This document shows, in pieces, positions 38,010 to 48,239 of a stretch of DNA of 64,000 bases; position 1 is the stretch's first letter; every line of letters begins with the position of its first letter. The stretch is taken from the NCBI GenBank assembly GCA_965205505.1, contig CBDBHB010000009.1:2112001-2176000 (forward strand). The letters run 5' to 3'. Origin of the DNA: Acidobacteriota bacterium (GTDB taxonomy: Bacteria > Acidobacteriota > UBA890 > WLXD01). Both the position numbers and the translations under genes were made by a program. Below the pieces are notes generated by a model. That model did no database searches and was not told the origin of the DNA. It saw nothing but the letters and a program-made list of their open reading frames with translations.

Positions 38010-39932
38010 ATGCCTATACGAGCCACCACGATCGTGGCCATCGTCTTCGCCATTGCTGTCCTGACACCCGATGTGAGCGCCCAGGACGGCAACTGGCCGG
38101 GCTGGCGAGGGGATGGTAGCGGCGTGTCGAGGGCCACGAACCTGCCGGTCGAATGGGATACCGAGCGGGGCGTTCTTTGGAAGAAGCCTCTGGCCGGCGC
38201 GGGACACTCCTCGCCGGTGGTATTCGGTGATCGAGTGCTCGTTACCACTGCCTATGAGCGCACCGACACGGTGTTTACCAAGTCGCTCTTGATCCCCGTC
38301 AGCGGACTGCTGGGTCTGGCGCTTCTCGTGTTCATGCTGATGTGGGCCTGGCGCGGCCTCGGGCTCGGTGGTACCGACGTATCGGCAGCACCTTCGTGGG
38401 TGCGTCAGGCGGTCAGGCTCGAGATGCTGCCAGTCCTCTTGCTGGGGCTGTACTTCCTGTGGGAGCTCGCCGATTTGCTGCTGTGGAAGAGCGCCGGCTT
38501 CAACGTCGAGAGTCCCCACCTCACCTGGATCCTGAGTGGTGAGGTTATCGTCCTCGGGCTGATAGCGTCCGTAGGGACATTGCGGGCGGGGAGTTGGCTA
38601 CGCTTGGGCGCAGCCGGATTGTTGGCCGCTGCTACCGCCGCGTTCTACGTCAATCAGCCGCGTGGGCTGGCGAATCTGGCGGTTCCCGCAGAGTGGCAGA
38701 TGAACGTACTGCAGCCCGCTGCTATCGCTGTCGCCTGGTTCCTCGTCTTTTGGATATTCGTGCGCCTCGCCGGGCGACCGCATCGCCGGCCTGCGCCGAC
38801 CGTCTACGTGACCGCTGGCGGGTTGGCCGTTCTCGCCATGCTCAGCTTCGGCTTCTTCAACTTCGTGGAACCCAGCGTTGGTCTCTGGCGTGCGGTCACA
38901 GCACTCGATGCGGACACCGGCGAGGAAATTTGGACGCAGGGGGTGGCCGCGCCCTCTGGGCGCAAATACCCGACGAACTCCTATGCCTCGCCGACGGCGG
39001 CAACGGACGGCCGCTACGTGGTCGTCAACTTCGGCCCGACGCTGGTGACCATGGACTTCGACGGCAACATCCTCTGGGAGCGCCGTGAGCCGCTCTTCAT
39101 GCGGTACTTGCGCCACGGCGCTGCGATATCGCCAGTGATATACGGAGATAACGTGCTGTTCACGTTCCTGCCGGAGACCCGTGAGGCGGGCATGGAGGAT
39201 GCTACGACCGACACATCATTCGAGTCGTTGTCCTATCTCATCTCGCTGGACCTGGCGACCGGTGAGGAACGCTGGCGGGTCGACGGGATGGCTGGTGGTC
39301 GCGACGCCTTCGGAACGCCCCTGCTGGTACCGACATCCAGTGGCATGTCGGTGCTCCTGAGTGTCAACGATCACATGCATGCCTACGATGCCGATTCCGG
39401 GGCACATCTCTGGTCGGTGGAAACGCCGCTGCACGTGCCGGTCCCGAGCGTGGTTGCGAACAGTGAGACCGCCTTCATGTCCGGTGGGCTCTACGGCCCG
39501 GCGGTGATCGCGGCCGTGGCCTTGACCGATGACGATGGCCGCGAGGTGGAGCGGGCTGCGGCCTCCAAGCGCCGTCCGTTCCGTTGGAAGGTCACCCGTG
39601 GTACTCCGGACGTGTCGTCGCCGATCATCTACGGCGACCTCCTTTACTGGGTAACGCAGAACGGCCGGATGTTCTGCGCCGATCCAGCCACCGGCGAGAT
39701 CCTGTGGAGACAACGGTTGGGGGCGCAATATACGGCCTCGCCGGTAGCGGGAGATGGCAAGCTTTACATCGTCGGCGCCGATGGCTCCGTGGCCGTCCTC
39801 GAGGCTGGGCGAGAGTACCGGGAGATCGCCAGGAACCACTTCGATGAGGTCATCTACGCTTCCCCGGCCATCGCCAACGGCCGTATTTACATTCGTGGTC
39901 AGCACCATCTGTACGCCGTTCACGGCAACTGA
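38010..39932 (+). CDS. PQQ-like beta-propeller protein with an internal six-helix membrane insertion
   Basis: Signal peptide; WPGWRG, GHSSPVV, YASPTAATDG and ASPAIANG motifs; hydrophobic block at about 38285-38870. Confidence 0.8.
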   Translation: MPIRATTIVAIVFAIAVLTPDVSAQDGNWPGWRGDGSGVSRATNLPVEWDTERGVLWKKPLAGAGHSSPVVFGDRVLVTTAYERTDTVFTKSLLIPVSGLLGLALLVFMLMWAWRGLGLGGTDVSAAPSWVRQAVRLEMLPVLLLGLYFLWELADLLLWKSAGFNVESPHLTWILSGEVIVLGLIASVGTLRAGSWLRLGAAGLLAAATAAFYVNQPRGLANLAVPAEWQMNVLQPAAIAVAWFLVFWIFVRLAGRPHRRPAPTVYVTAGGLAVLAMLSFGFFNFVEPSVGLWRAVTALDADTGEEIWTQGVAAPSGRKYPTNSYASPTAATDGRYVVVNFGPTLVTMDFDGNILWERREPLFMRYLRHGAAISPVIYGDNVLFTFLPETREAGMEDATTDTSFESLSYLISLDLATGEERWRVDGMAGGRDAFGTPLLVPTSSGMSVLLSVNDHMHAYDADSGAHLWSVETPLHVPVPSVVANSETAFMSGGLYGPAVIAAVALTDDDGREVERAAASKRRPFRWKVTRGTPDVSSPIIYGDLLYWVTQNGRMFCADPATGEILWRQRLGAQYTASPVAGDGKLYIVGADGSVAVLEAGREYREIARNHFDEVIYASPAIANGRIYIRGQHHLYAVHGN

Positions 39933-39934
39933 GC

Positions 39935-40591
39935 ATGAACACGAACGGATACGTCCTCTACCACGGCAACAAGAACTACTCCTCGTGGTCGATGCGCGGC
40001 TGGCTTGCCGTGCGTCAGTCGGGATGTGAATTCGAGGAGGTAGCGTTTCATCTAGGCGCGGACGGCGTGCGCGACCGCATCGGGGAGCACTCGCCTTCCC
40101 GAAAGGTCCCGGCCCTGCGCCACGGTGACCTGATCATCTGGGATTCGCTGGCGATCACCGAGTATCTCGCAGAGCGGTTTCCGGAGGCAGGGATCTGGCC
40201 TGCCATCGAGGCCGATCGGGCGCGAGCTCGGTCTGTGGTGGCTGAGATGCACGCTGGGTTCACTGCCCTACGGACGGCGATGCCGTTTAACTGCCGTCGC
40301 TCGAGCCCGGGCGTGGGTAGACAGGCCGGCGTCGCCGAAGACATCGCCCGGGTCACGCAGATCTGGCGCCGGTGTCGCGCACAGGCGAACGATGGGGAAT
40401 ACCTATTCGGCGCATACTCCGCGGCAGACATAGCCTACGCGCCTGTCGTAAGTCGCTTTCGTACCTATGCCGTCGAGTTGGATGACGTCTGCGAACAATA
40501 CGCGCAATCGGTCTGGGAGCATCCCCATATTGTCGAATGGTACGCCGCCGCTGCGCGGGAGGAGTGGATCGAGCCCGAATACGACCTGTGA
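39935..40591 (+). CDS. Glutathione S-transferase family protein
   Basis: NKNYSSWSMR, KVPAL, WDSLAI.EYL and AEMHAGF motifs. Confidence 0.9.
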   Translation: MNTNGYVLYHGNKNYSSWSMRGWLAVRQSGCEFEEVAFHLGADGVRDRIGEHSPSRKVPALRHGDLIIWDSLAITEYLAERFPEAGIWPAIEADRARARSVVAEMHAGFTALRTAMPFNCRRSSPGVGRQAGVAEDIARVTQIWRRCRAQANDGEYLFGAYSAADIAYAPVVSRFRTYAVELDDVCEQYAQSVWEHPHIVEWYAAAAREEWIEPEYDL

Positions 40592-40674
40592 TTTGGTCGA
40601 CTGAGGATGGAGAGAGCGGCGGCGGATCCACTCACCGCTCACCGCCGCCGAAAACGCATTGCTCGATGTCGCCT

Positions 40675-43518
40675 TTACGGAACCGAGCCGCGATCCCAGG
40701 CGCCGTACTGCTTCTCCAGGAAAGGCACTCCCTTGATTACCCAGTCCGGCGGCGGGGAATCCATCAGGTGGTGATCGAAGAACTCCTGCATTCGGATCGT
40801 CAGGTCGCGGCGGTTTGCGAGGTTGCTGAGGCCGTGTCCCTCGCCGGGATACGCGAGAAGGATGATGTTCTTGTCGTTGAACCGCAGACCGTTGTACAGC
40901 TGCACCGCCTCCATCACCGCGACGACGCCGTCGGCGGTGCCGTGCATGAGTAACAGCGGCGTGTCCATCGTGCGCACGTGGTTGGTCGCGGATTCTCGCC
41001 AGTACAGCTCTCTGTCGTCGTAGGGGTTGGTACCCAGCCGGCCTTGTCCGTAGTAGTCGTAGCGATGAGCGTTCGCGCCGGTGCCGATCATGTTCGTCGG
41101 GGTCCATCCCCACATATGGTTGAAATCGGCCAGCAAGTTGGTTGCTGCCGCGCCTGCCGCCACGGCGGCGAACATCGTCGAGTTCCCGGCAATGTAGGCG
41201 GAGCCTTGGCCGCTGAAACTGTGACCATGCAAGCCAATGCTCCGGGGATCGGCGTATCCCATCTCGATTACCTTGCGGGTGGCGGCTTCGACGCACTCCA
41301 GCATGTCGGCGTGGGTGTTGCCGGTACGGAAGTGGATGTCGGCCTGCATTACCAAGTAGCCTTTGCTCACGGCTTCGATCAGGGGTGAGCCGAATCCCGT
41401 GACATATCTTGGGGCGATATGCCGGTGGAGGTTCTGCGAGTTCTTCTCGTAGAAGTTCACCAGCATCGGGCGGCGCTCGCCCGCAGCGTAGTCGTCGGGA
41501 ATGGCCAGCGTCCCCTGAAGACGCACGCCGTCGTCGTTGGTGTAGTCGAAGAGGATGCGCCGCCCCCAGCGGTATTCCGCCTGCCATGGGTTGGCATCGG
41601 TGATGCGCCGCAGGCTGGCGAAGCCGTCATCGCTGGCGTAGATGTCGGGGAATTCCTCGAAGGTCTCGCGGGTTGTCAGGTACATCTCGGCGCCGCGCGC
41701 CTTGAGCGGTCGGCCGAAGCGTCGGTCGTCCAATACAAGCTCTTCCAGCTCGCCGTCGGTGAGCCGGTAGAAGCCGGCTTGCTTGGTCCATTGGCCATAG
41801 GCCGACAACAGGATCGGCTTGCTGAGGTCGATGGTGGGTTCTCCGGCGGCGGTTTGGATATAACGAAAACGGAGTTCCCGAGAGTCGCCCCGACCACCGG
41901 TGAGGCTTGTCGCCGGGCTGCCGTCGAGCGGTTGTAACCAGAGGTCGTAGCGGTGGTTGAGGACCAACGCTAGCCCGTCCTTCGTCCAGCCGGCGACGCC
42001 GTAGGGCGGGGTAGTGCCCGGGTAGTCGTACTCGCGGTTGACGAAGCTCACCGGAGCGTCTGCAGTGAGGCTCCGGGTATCGCCGGATTCAAGCTCGTAC
42101 AGCCACAGCTGCGCGTCTCGCCAGTACAAGAAGTGTCGCCCGTCGGGCGAGAGCCCGAGCGTCAGCTTCTGTCCCTGTAACATCGGCGTGCGCTCGCCGG
42201 TTCTGGTGTCGACGCGATAGTAGTCGGCTTGCGGCTCCTGCCAATCCGAGATGTAAGGCTTGTCGTCGACACCCACGCCCCACCTCCCATCACGGCTGAG
42301 CGTGATACTGCGCATCGCCTCGTCGGTGAGGCGCACGAAGCGCTCGCCATCGAGCACAAGGGCGGCGCGGTATGTGAAGTTGCGATCGCGGTCCGCCTGC
42401 ATCATCTGTACCGACTGGATGCGCTCGTCCTGCACATGCCAAACGTCGACGTTGGCCACTCGATCCGGGTCCTCTGGCTTCTCCACTACAGCCTGCTGCT
42501 CGTCGAGCCCGAAGAAGACGCGGCTGAGGTCTTCGCTCCAGGCGATCGGCGACCGTTCGCTGATGACGATTCCATCGGGGAACGTATCGTCGAACCTGGG
42601 GTCCAGCTCGGTAGTGATCGGTGTGTCGGTGTCGCCCGTTGACGCGCCCAGGCGGCGGACAGTTACGAGAATGTTCAGGCGCTCGGCCTGGCCATCGGGC
42701 TTACTGCCCTTGAGAAGGGCGAGCGCACTCCCGTCCGTACTCCAGGCGAGTCTCGAATATGTACGGGCGTCGTTGTCGAGTGACCGTAGCGCCCGACTGT
42801 CGAGATCGATCAGATAGGCTCCGTTGCCGGTCTGATCTGCCGCATCGACGGTGTACGCGAGCCAACGGGCGTCGCGATCGGGCGGCAGGTGCTCAGCGTC
42901 GCCGGTGAGTTGCTGGTCGAAGGCGAACTCATTGACGCTGCCGATGAGCTGTTCGGTTCCCCTATCCAGGTCTCGGAGAACGAGGTCGGAGCCCTCATGA
43001 TCCGCGTCACGGTCGGCTCGTGCCTTCTTGACGGCGAGAAAGTCGGCGCCGGCGGCGAACTGGAACGCCGCCGCGTTGGCCCAGGTAAAACGCTCGCCGG
43101 ACACGAGGTTGAGCAGCTGCACCGTGCGCGGCCGCGGAGCCTCCTCACGGCGGAGCTTCTGCGCCTCGTCGAAGGTCAGGTCGACGAAGTAGGCGACCCA
43201 CCGAGAGTCATCGGAGAATCGCGCCCCCGAGGCGTCGAGCAACTCGAACTCGGTGTCGTCGAGCAGCGACTCTATGTGGAGCACCACCTCGGGGTTGAAG
43301 GCGTTCGGCTTGCTATACCCATACGTTACCCAGGCGCCATCATCCGAGATTGCCGGCTCTGTAATACGTCGCCAACGCTGATAGTCGTCGGTGTGCAGGA
43401 TCTTCTTGACGGCCGCCGGCTGCGTGTCTTGCGGGGCAGCGATGGCTGAAGAGCCAGCGCCCAGCAGCAACGTTGATGAAGCGAGAACGGCGACGACGGC
43501 CACGACCTCAGAGCGCAT
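40675..43518 (-). CDS. Secreted S9/prolyl oligopeptidase-family peptidase
   Basis: Signal peptide; beta-propeller region; GHSFSG (Ser), HGTADG (Asp) and EGHGL (His). Confidence 0.88.
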   Translation of the reverse strand: MRSEVVAVVAVLASSTLLLGAGSSAIAAPQDTQPAAVKKILHTDDYQRWRRITEPAISDDGAWVTYGYSKPNAFNPEVVLHIESLLDDTEFELLDASGARFSDDSRWVAYFVDLTFDEAQKLRREEAPRPRTVQLLNLVSGERFTWANAAAFQFAAGADFLAVKKARADRDADHEGSDLVLRDLDRGTEQLIGSVNEFAFDQQLTGDAEHLPPDRDARWLAYTVDAADQTGNGAYLIDLDSRALRSLDNDARTYSRLAWSTDGSALALLKGSKPDGQAERLNILVTVRRLGASTGDTDTPITTELDPRFDDTFPDGIVISERSPIAWSEDLSRVFFGLDEQQAVVEKPEDPDRVANVDVWHVQDERIQSVQMMQADRDRNFTYRAALVLDGERFVRLTDEAMRSITLSRDGRWGVGVDDKPYISDWQEPQADYYRVDTRTGERTPMLQGQKLTLGLSPDGRHFLYWRDAQLWLYELESGDTRSLTADAPVSFVNREYDYPGTTPPYGVAGWTKDGLALVLNHRYDLWLQPLDGSPATSLTGGRGDSRELRFRYIQTAAGEPTIDLSKPILLSAYGQWTKQAGFYRLTDGELEELVLDDRRFGRPLKARGAEMYLTTRETFEEFPDIYASDDGFASLRRITDANPWQAEYRWGRRILFDYTNDDGVRLQGTLAIPDDYAAGERRPMLVNFYEKNSQNLHRHIAPRYVTGFGSPLIEAVSKGYLVMQADIHFRTGNTHADMLECVEAATRKVIEMGYADPRSIGLHGHSFSGQGSAYIAGNSTMFAAVAAGAAATNLLADFNHMWGWTPTNMIGTGANAHRYDYYGQGRLGTNPYDDRELYWRESATNHVRTMDTPLLLMHGTADGVVAVMEAVQLYNGLRFNDKNIILLAYPGEGHGLSNLANRRDLTIRMQEFFDHHLMDSPPPDWVIKGVPFLEKQYGAWDRGSVP

Positions 43519-43654
43519 CTGACTGGCATCCTTTGGAGATGGAGACCTCGAGGGACATCTGCGCAGGTTCAGTTGGCTCGGTCGGCCTGTCAAGGACCCT
43601 GCAACAGCCTCACGAGATTTGGTCGAGAGGTCCGGAAGACCCCGAGTCGCCCGC

Positions 43655-43683
43655 TTGCCGGTCAAAAGTGCAGCGGGTATTCT
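43655..43683 (+). promoter_or_regulatory. Putative sigma70 promoter of the methylamine operon
   Basis: TTGCCG-17nt-TATTCT. Confidence 0.5.
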
Positions 43684-43757
43684 CTGCGATACGAAGCGCT
43701 CGGGGTTCTCCCGAGAGTCGCCTCCCCGAGCCCGCTACCCCCCCCCCGCTCTCTAGC

Positions 43758-44996
43758 ATGTCACTAAAGCTGTTCCGCGAAGTCCTGGCCGGTCGCCAGC
43801 GACTACCACGTATGTGGCGCCAGCACTCGCTGCGGGACAGCTATGCGGCGGTCATCATCGGGGGTGGTGCGCATGGGCTTGCGTGCGCCTACCACCTCGC
43901 CAAAGACCACGGCATCACTGATGTTGCGGTCGTCGAAAAGACCTACATCGGTTCGGGTGGGAGCGGGCGCAATACCGCCATCGTACGTAGCAACTACCTG
44001 ACGCCGGACGGGGTGCGTTTCTACGACGCCAGCCTGAAGCTCTACGAAGACCTGGCCCGTGACCTCGACTTCAACGTCATGCTGGGGCAGCGAGGACACT
44101 TGACGCTGGCACACAGCGACTCCTCGGTGATCACGATGCGGCGACGCGCCGAGACCAACCGGCTGGTCGGCGTCGATTCGAGGCTGATCTTCCCCGAGGA
44201 GATCGCCAAGCTGTGCCCGGATTTGGACCTCAGCGATCGGCCGCGATATCCGATTCTGGCGGCCCTCTACCACCCTCCCGGCGGGATCATTCGCCATGAC
44301 GCGGTGGTGTGGGGCTACGCCCATCAGGCCGACGCGCGTGGCGTGCATATCCACCAGAACACCGCCGCCACCGGAATAGACATCGAGAACGGCAAGGTCA
44401 CCGGCGTCCAGACCACACGGGGACGGATCAAGACCGACACCGTGCTCAACGCTACCGCCGGTTGGGGGGCGATCATCTCCGACATGGCAGGCGTGAAGCT
44501 CCCCATGTCGACGCGCCCGCTGCAGGCATTCGTCACCGAGCCACTGAAGCCGTTCCTCAACGTGGTGATCGTCTCCGGCAGCCTGCACGCCTACGTCAGC
44601 CAGTCGGATCGCGGTGAGCTCGTCTGCGGCGGCAGCGTCGACCCGTACGCCTCGTATTCGATGAACTCGTCGCTCGACTTCCTCGAGACGCTGGCAGGGC
44701 ACCTGCTGGCGCTGTTCCCGTGCCTACCGAAGGTGCGTGTCCTTCGACAGTGGGCCGGGCTCTGTGACATGACGCCCGACTACAGCCCGATTATGGGCAC
44801 GACCCCGGTGGAGGGGTTCCACATCGATCTGGGTTGGGGCACCTATGGCTTCAAGGCGTCGCCGATTTGCGGCAAGACCTTGGCCGAGTTGCTTGCTACC
44901 GGGCGTACACCCGATCTGATCCGCCCATTCCGGCTGTCTCGATTCTCCGAGCACGATCTCGTCGGAGAGGGCGGTGCCGCCTCGGTTGGACATTGA
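43758..44996 (+). CDS. soxB: Sarcosine oxidase beta / N-methylglutamate dehydrogenase MgdA-like flavoprotein
   Basis: IGGGAHGLA, GRNTAIVRSNY, RHDAVVWGYA, LQAFVTEP and WGTYGFKA motifs. Confidence 0.9.
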   Translation: MSLKLFREVLAGRQRLPRMWRQHSLRDSYAAVIIGGGAHGLACAYHLAKDHGITDVAVVEKTYIGSGGSGRNTAIVRSNYLTPDGVRFYDASLKLYEDLARDLDFNVMLGQRGHLTLAHSDSSVITMRRRAETNRLVGVDSRLIFPEEIAKLCPDLDLSDRPRYPILAALYHPPGGIIRHDAVVWGYAHQADARGVHIHQNTAATGIDIENGKVTGVQTTRGRIKTDTVLNATAGWGAIISDMAGVKLPMSTRPLQAFVTEPLKPFLNVVIVSGSLHAYVSQSDRGELVCGGSVDPYASYSMNSSLDFLETLAGHLLALFPCLPKVRVLRQWAGLCDMTPDYSPIMGTTPVEGFHIDLGWGTYGFKASPICGKTLAELLATGRTPDLIRPFRLSRFSEHDLVGEGGAASVGH

Positions 44997-45042
44997 TGCG
45001 AGCAGTGAGGCGAGCGCTGATGCACAGGAGCAGGAGGGCGCC

Positions 45043-45342
45043 GTGCTGCTGCTGACCTGTCCCAATTGCGGCCCGAGGAACGTGAGCGAGTTCCACTTCG
45101 GCAACGAGTACAATCCCCGGCCGGCGGATCCGGCCGCCGCCAGCGAAGCCGAGTGGGTCGACTACCTGCATCTGCGCAACAACAAGGTGGGGGTACAGAA
45201 GGAGTGGTGGCACCACGGCACCGGCTGCGGCCTGTGGTTCCTTGCCGAGCGACACACCAAGACGGGCGAGGTATTGCGCACCTACCTGTGGCGTCCAGAT
45301 GGCGACGCGGGTCCGGATTCTGAAACAGGGGCGAAGCCGTGA
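45043..45342 (+). CDS. soxD: Sarcosine oxidase delta subunit-like protein
   Basis: CPNCG...EF..G...RP...WWHHGTGC zinc site; GTG start after GGAGG. Confidence 0.88.
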   Translation: MLLLTCPNCGPRNVSEFHFGNEYNPRPADPAAASEAEWVDYLHLRNNKVGVQKEWWHHGTGCGLWFLAERHTKTGEVLRTYLWRPDGDAGPDSETGAKP

Positions 45343-48239
45343 AGCGTCTGCCTGCCGGTGGCACTTCGATCGACCGATCGTCGAGCCTGGAGTTCACCTT
45401 CGACGGCAGGAAGGTGATGGCGCACCATGGCGACACGATCGGCTCGGCGCTGGCGGCGTCGGGCGTGCGGGTGATCAGCCGGTCGTTCAAGTACCACCGG
45501 CCTCGGGGTCTGCTTTGTTGCTCGGGCCACTGTCCTAACTGCCTGGTTCAGATAGGCGACGAGCCCAACGCCCGCGCCTGCATGCGGGCGGTGGAAGAGG
45601 GCATGCAGGTGCGTTCGCAGAACGCCTGGCCTTCGCTGCGGTTCGACCTCCTGTCGTTGTCGCGGTTCGCGTCGCGCTTCATGACCGCCGGTTTCTACTA
45701 CAAGACGTTCATCCGGCCGAAGTGGCTGTGGCCCTTCTACGAGCATGTGTTGCGCAACGCTGCCGGCCTCGGCGTGGTCGACCCGAAAACCCCGCGCGGC
45801 AGGTACGACAAGCGCTACCTGCACGCCGACATCGTGGTTGCCGGCGGCGGCCCGGCGGGGATCAGCGCGGCGCATGCGGCCGGTAAGAGCGGCGCGCGCG
45901 TGCTGCTGATCGACGAGAACGCTGAGCTCGGCGGCCATCTCAGGTTTGCCGGCGCGCGACCGGACTCCGAGACGGCCGCGGTCGATCGACTGCGAAGCGG
46001 GCTCGAGGGCATGGACAATGTCGAGGTGCTGACCAATACCTCGGTGCTGGGCTGGTATCGGAACGATTGGCTAGCAGCGAAATCAAGTAACCGCCTCTTC
46101 AAGATTCGCCTGGGTTCGCTGGTGGCGGCAACCGGGGCTTTCGAGCGGCCGCTGCAGTTCGAAAACAACGATTTGCCCGGGGTGATGCTGGGCGGCGCCG
46201 TTCGACGACTGCTGCACCAGTTCGGTGTGGTCGCCGGCCAGCGGGCGTTGGTCGCCACTGCCAACGACGACGGCTGGCACATCGCCGCCGATCTGCGTGC
46301 CGCGGGGGTGGAGGTGGCTGCGATCGTCGACGAGCGCCCTGCCGAGGCGTGCACGAGCCCGCACGGCGAGGCGCTGGCGGCACAAGGAGTGCCGGTCCAC
46401 TACCAGCACACGGTGGTCAAGGCGGTCGGGGGCAAGGGTGTTACTGCGGCCATCATCGCTCAGACCGCCGGCGGCGATGGCGTGGACAAGGGAACTTACA
46501 AGACGGTCGCCTGCGACCTGCTGGTGGTCAGCGTCGGCTGGACGCCGGACACTGACCTCACACATCTTGCCGGCGGCAAGACTCGCTATGACGCCGATCG
46601 CGCCGAGATGCTTCCGACCGAGCTGCCGTCTCATATTCACGTCGTCGGCCGCGCTGCCGGGACGCACGAGCTGGCGGCGGAGCTCCTGGAGGGGGCGATT
46701 GCGGGCCGGGGGGCGGCTCACCGGCTGGGAATCGGGCTGCAGCCGGACGCCGCGCAGGCGGTTGAGCTGCAGCGGCTCAAGAGCTCCGAGCCGCGGCGCA
46801 GCTCGCTGCGCGTGAGCATCCCCGGCGGTAAGCCGAAGAAGCGCTTCGTGTGCCTGTGCGAAGACGTCACGGAGGAGGACATCCTCGCGACCATCGCCGA
46901 AGGGTTCGACAGCATGCAACTGCTCAAGCGCTACAGCACCGTGTCGATGGGGCCCTGCCAGGGCAAGATGTGCTCGATGGCCGCCATCCAGATCTGCGCC
47001 CGGGCGACGGAGCGTTCGATCCCGGACACCGGCACAACGACTTCGCGACCGCCGGCGACGCCGGTTTCACTCGGCACGCTGGCCGGCCAGGAGATGGAGC
47101 CGGTTCAGCTTGGCGCGCTGCACGACTGGCATCTGGCAAACGGCGGCAAGCCGATGGTTGCGGGGGGTTGGATTCGCGCCGAGCACTATGGCGATGCCAT
47201 CGCCGAGGTCAAAGCGGTGCGGGACGCGGCGGGCCTGATCGACGTCAGCTCGCTCGGGAAGCTTCGCCTGACCGGCCCCGGCGTGCCGGACTTGCTGCAA
47301 CGCGTCTACATCAACAAGTGGAGAAAGCTGGGTGTCGGCCAAGCGCGCTACGGTGTGATGTGCAACGACGAAGGCATCGTGCTCGACGATGGTGTCTGCG
47401 CCCGCGTCGGCGAGCAGGAGTGGTACATGAGCACCACTTCCTCCGGTGCGACCGGTATGTACGACTGGATGCAGTGGTGGATCCAATCGGGCTGGGGGGA
47501 AGGTATCCACCTGACCAACGTGACCGAGGCGTTCGCGGCAATGAACCTCGCTGGTCCGCGTACGCGCGAGGTTCTTGCCGACCTTACCGATGTCGACCTG
47601 TCCAACGAGGCGTTCCCCTACATGGGGGTTCGCAGCGGCGCGGTGGCAGGAGTGCCGTGCCGGCTGCTGCGCATCGGTTTTACCGGCGAGCTGTCCTACG
47701 AGATCCACTGCCTGTCGGGCTACGCCGTACACCTTTGGGAGGCGCTGATCGCCGCAGGTCAACCACACGGCATCAAGCCGTTCGGTGTCGAGGCGCAGCG
47801 TGTATTGCGGCTCGAGAAGGGCCATATCATCGTTGGCCACGACACCGACGGGCTCACCGATCCGATCATGGCGAACATGGAATGGGCGGTGAAGCTGGAC
47901 AAGTCCGATTTCCTCGGGATGCGACACCTGAGTCGGGTCGCAGAGCATGGGCCGCATCAGCGCCTGGTCGGCTTCAAGGTCCCCGCCGGCGGCGCCAAGC
48001 CCGAGGAAGGGATGCAAATCGTGGCTGGATCCAACGGCAAGCGGGAGGTAATCGGCTGGGTCACCTCCTGCCGCTTGAGCCCGACCCTCGGAGAGATCAT
48101 CGGGTTGTGCTGGCTGCCGGCGGAGCTGGGTGATCGCGAAGCTGCCGAGTTCACCATCCACGTCGACGGCCGATCGCAGCCGGCGCGCGTTTGGCACGGC
48201 GCTTTCTACGACCCCGAGGGCAAGAGGTTGCGCAGGTGA
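45339..48239 (+). CDS. soxA: Sarcosine oxidase alpha / MgdC-like subunit with Fe-S cysteine motifs and a GcvT domain
   Basis: RSFKYHRPRG, CCSGHCPNC, GGGPAG, CLCEDV, MGPCQG..C, IGFTGELSYE and LRLEKG motifs. Confidence 0.9.
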   Translation: MKRLPAGGTSIDRSSSLEFTFDGRKVMAHHGDTIGSALAASGVRVISRSFKYHRPRGLLCCSGHCPNCLVQIGDEPNARACMRAVEEGMQVRSQNAWPSLRFDLLSLSRFASRFMTAGFYYKTFIRPKWLWPFYEHVLRNAAGLGVVDPKTPRGRYDKRYLHADIVVAGGGPAGISAAHAAGKSGARVLLIDENAELGGHLRFAGARPDSETAAVDRLRSGLEGMDNVEVLTNTSVLGWYRNDWLAAKSSNRLFKIRLGSLVAATGAFERPLQFENNDLPGVMLGGAVRRLLHQFGVVAGQRALVATANDDGWHIAADLRAAGVEVAAIVDERPAEACTSPHGEALAAQGVPVHYQHTVVKAVGGKGVTAAIIAQTAGGDGVDKGTYKTVACDLLVVSVGWTPDTDLTHLAGGKTRYDADRAEMLPTELPSHIHVVGRAAGTHELAAELLEGAIAGRGAAHRLGIGLQPDAAQAVELQRLKSSEPRRSSLRVSIPGGKPKKRFVCLCEDVTEEDILATIAEGFDSMQLLKRYSTVSMGPCQGKMCSMAAIQICARATERSIPDTGTTTSRPPATPVSLGTLAGQEMEPVQLGALHDWHLANGGKPMVAGGWIRAEHYGDAIAEVKAVRDAAGLIDVSSLGKLRLTGPGVPDLLQRVYINKWRKLGVGQARYGVMCNDEGIVLDDGVCARVGEQEWYMSTTSSGATGMYDWMQWWIQSGWGEGIHLTNVTEAFAAMNLAGPRTREVLADLTDVDLSNEAFPYMGVRSGAVAGVPCRLLRIGFTGELSYEIHCLSGYAVHLWEALIAAGQPHGIKPFGVEAQRVLRLEKGHIIVGHDTDGLTDPIMANMEWAVKLDKSDFLGMRHLSRVAEHGPHQRLVGFKVPAGGAKPEEGMQIVAGSNGKREVIGWVTSCRLSPTLGEIIGLCWLPAELGDREAAEFTIHVDGRSQPARVWHGAFYDPEGKRLRR

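Noticed and set aside
40403-48197. Long alternative-frame and antisense ORFs such as 40403-41587, 46850-48133 and 47067-48197
   Set aside because: Arg/Gly/Ala-rich shadows of real genes, expected at high GC; no motifs.
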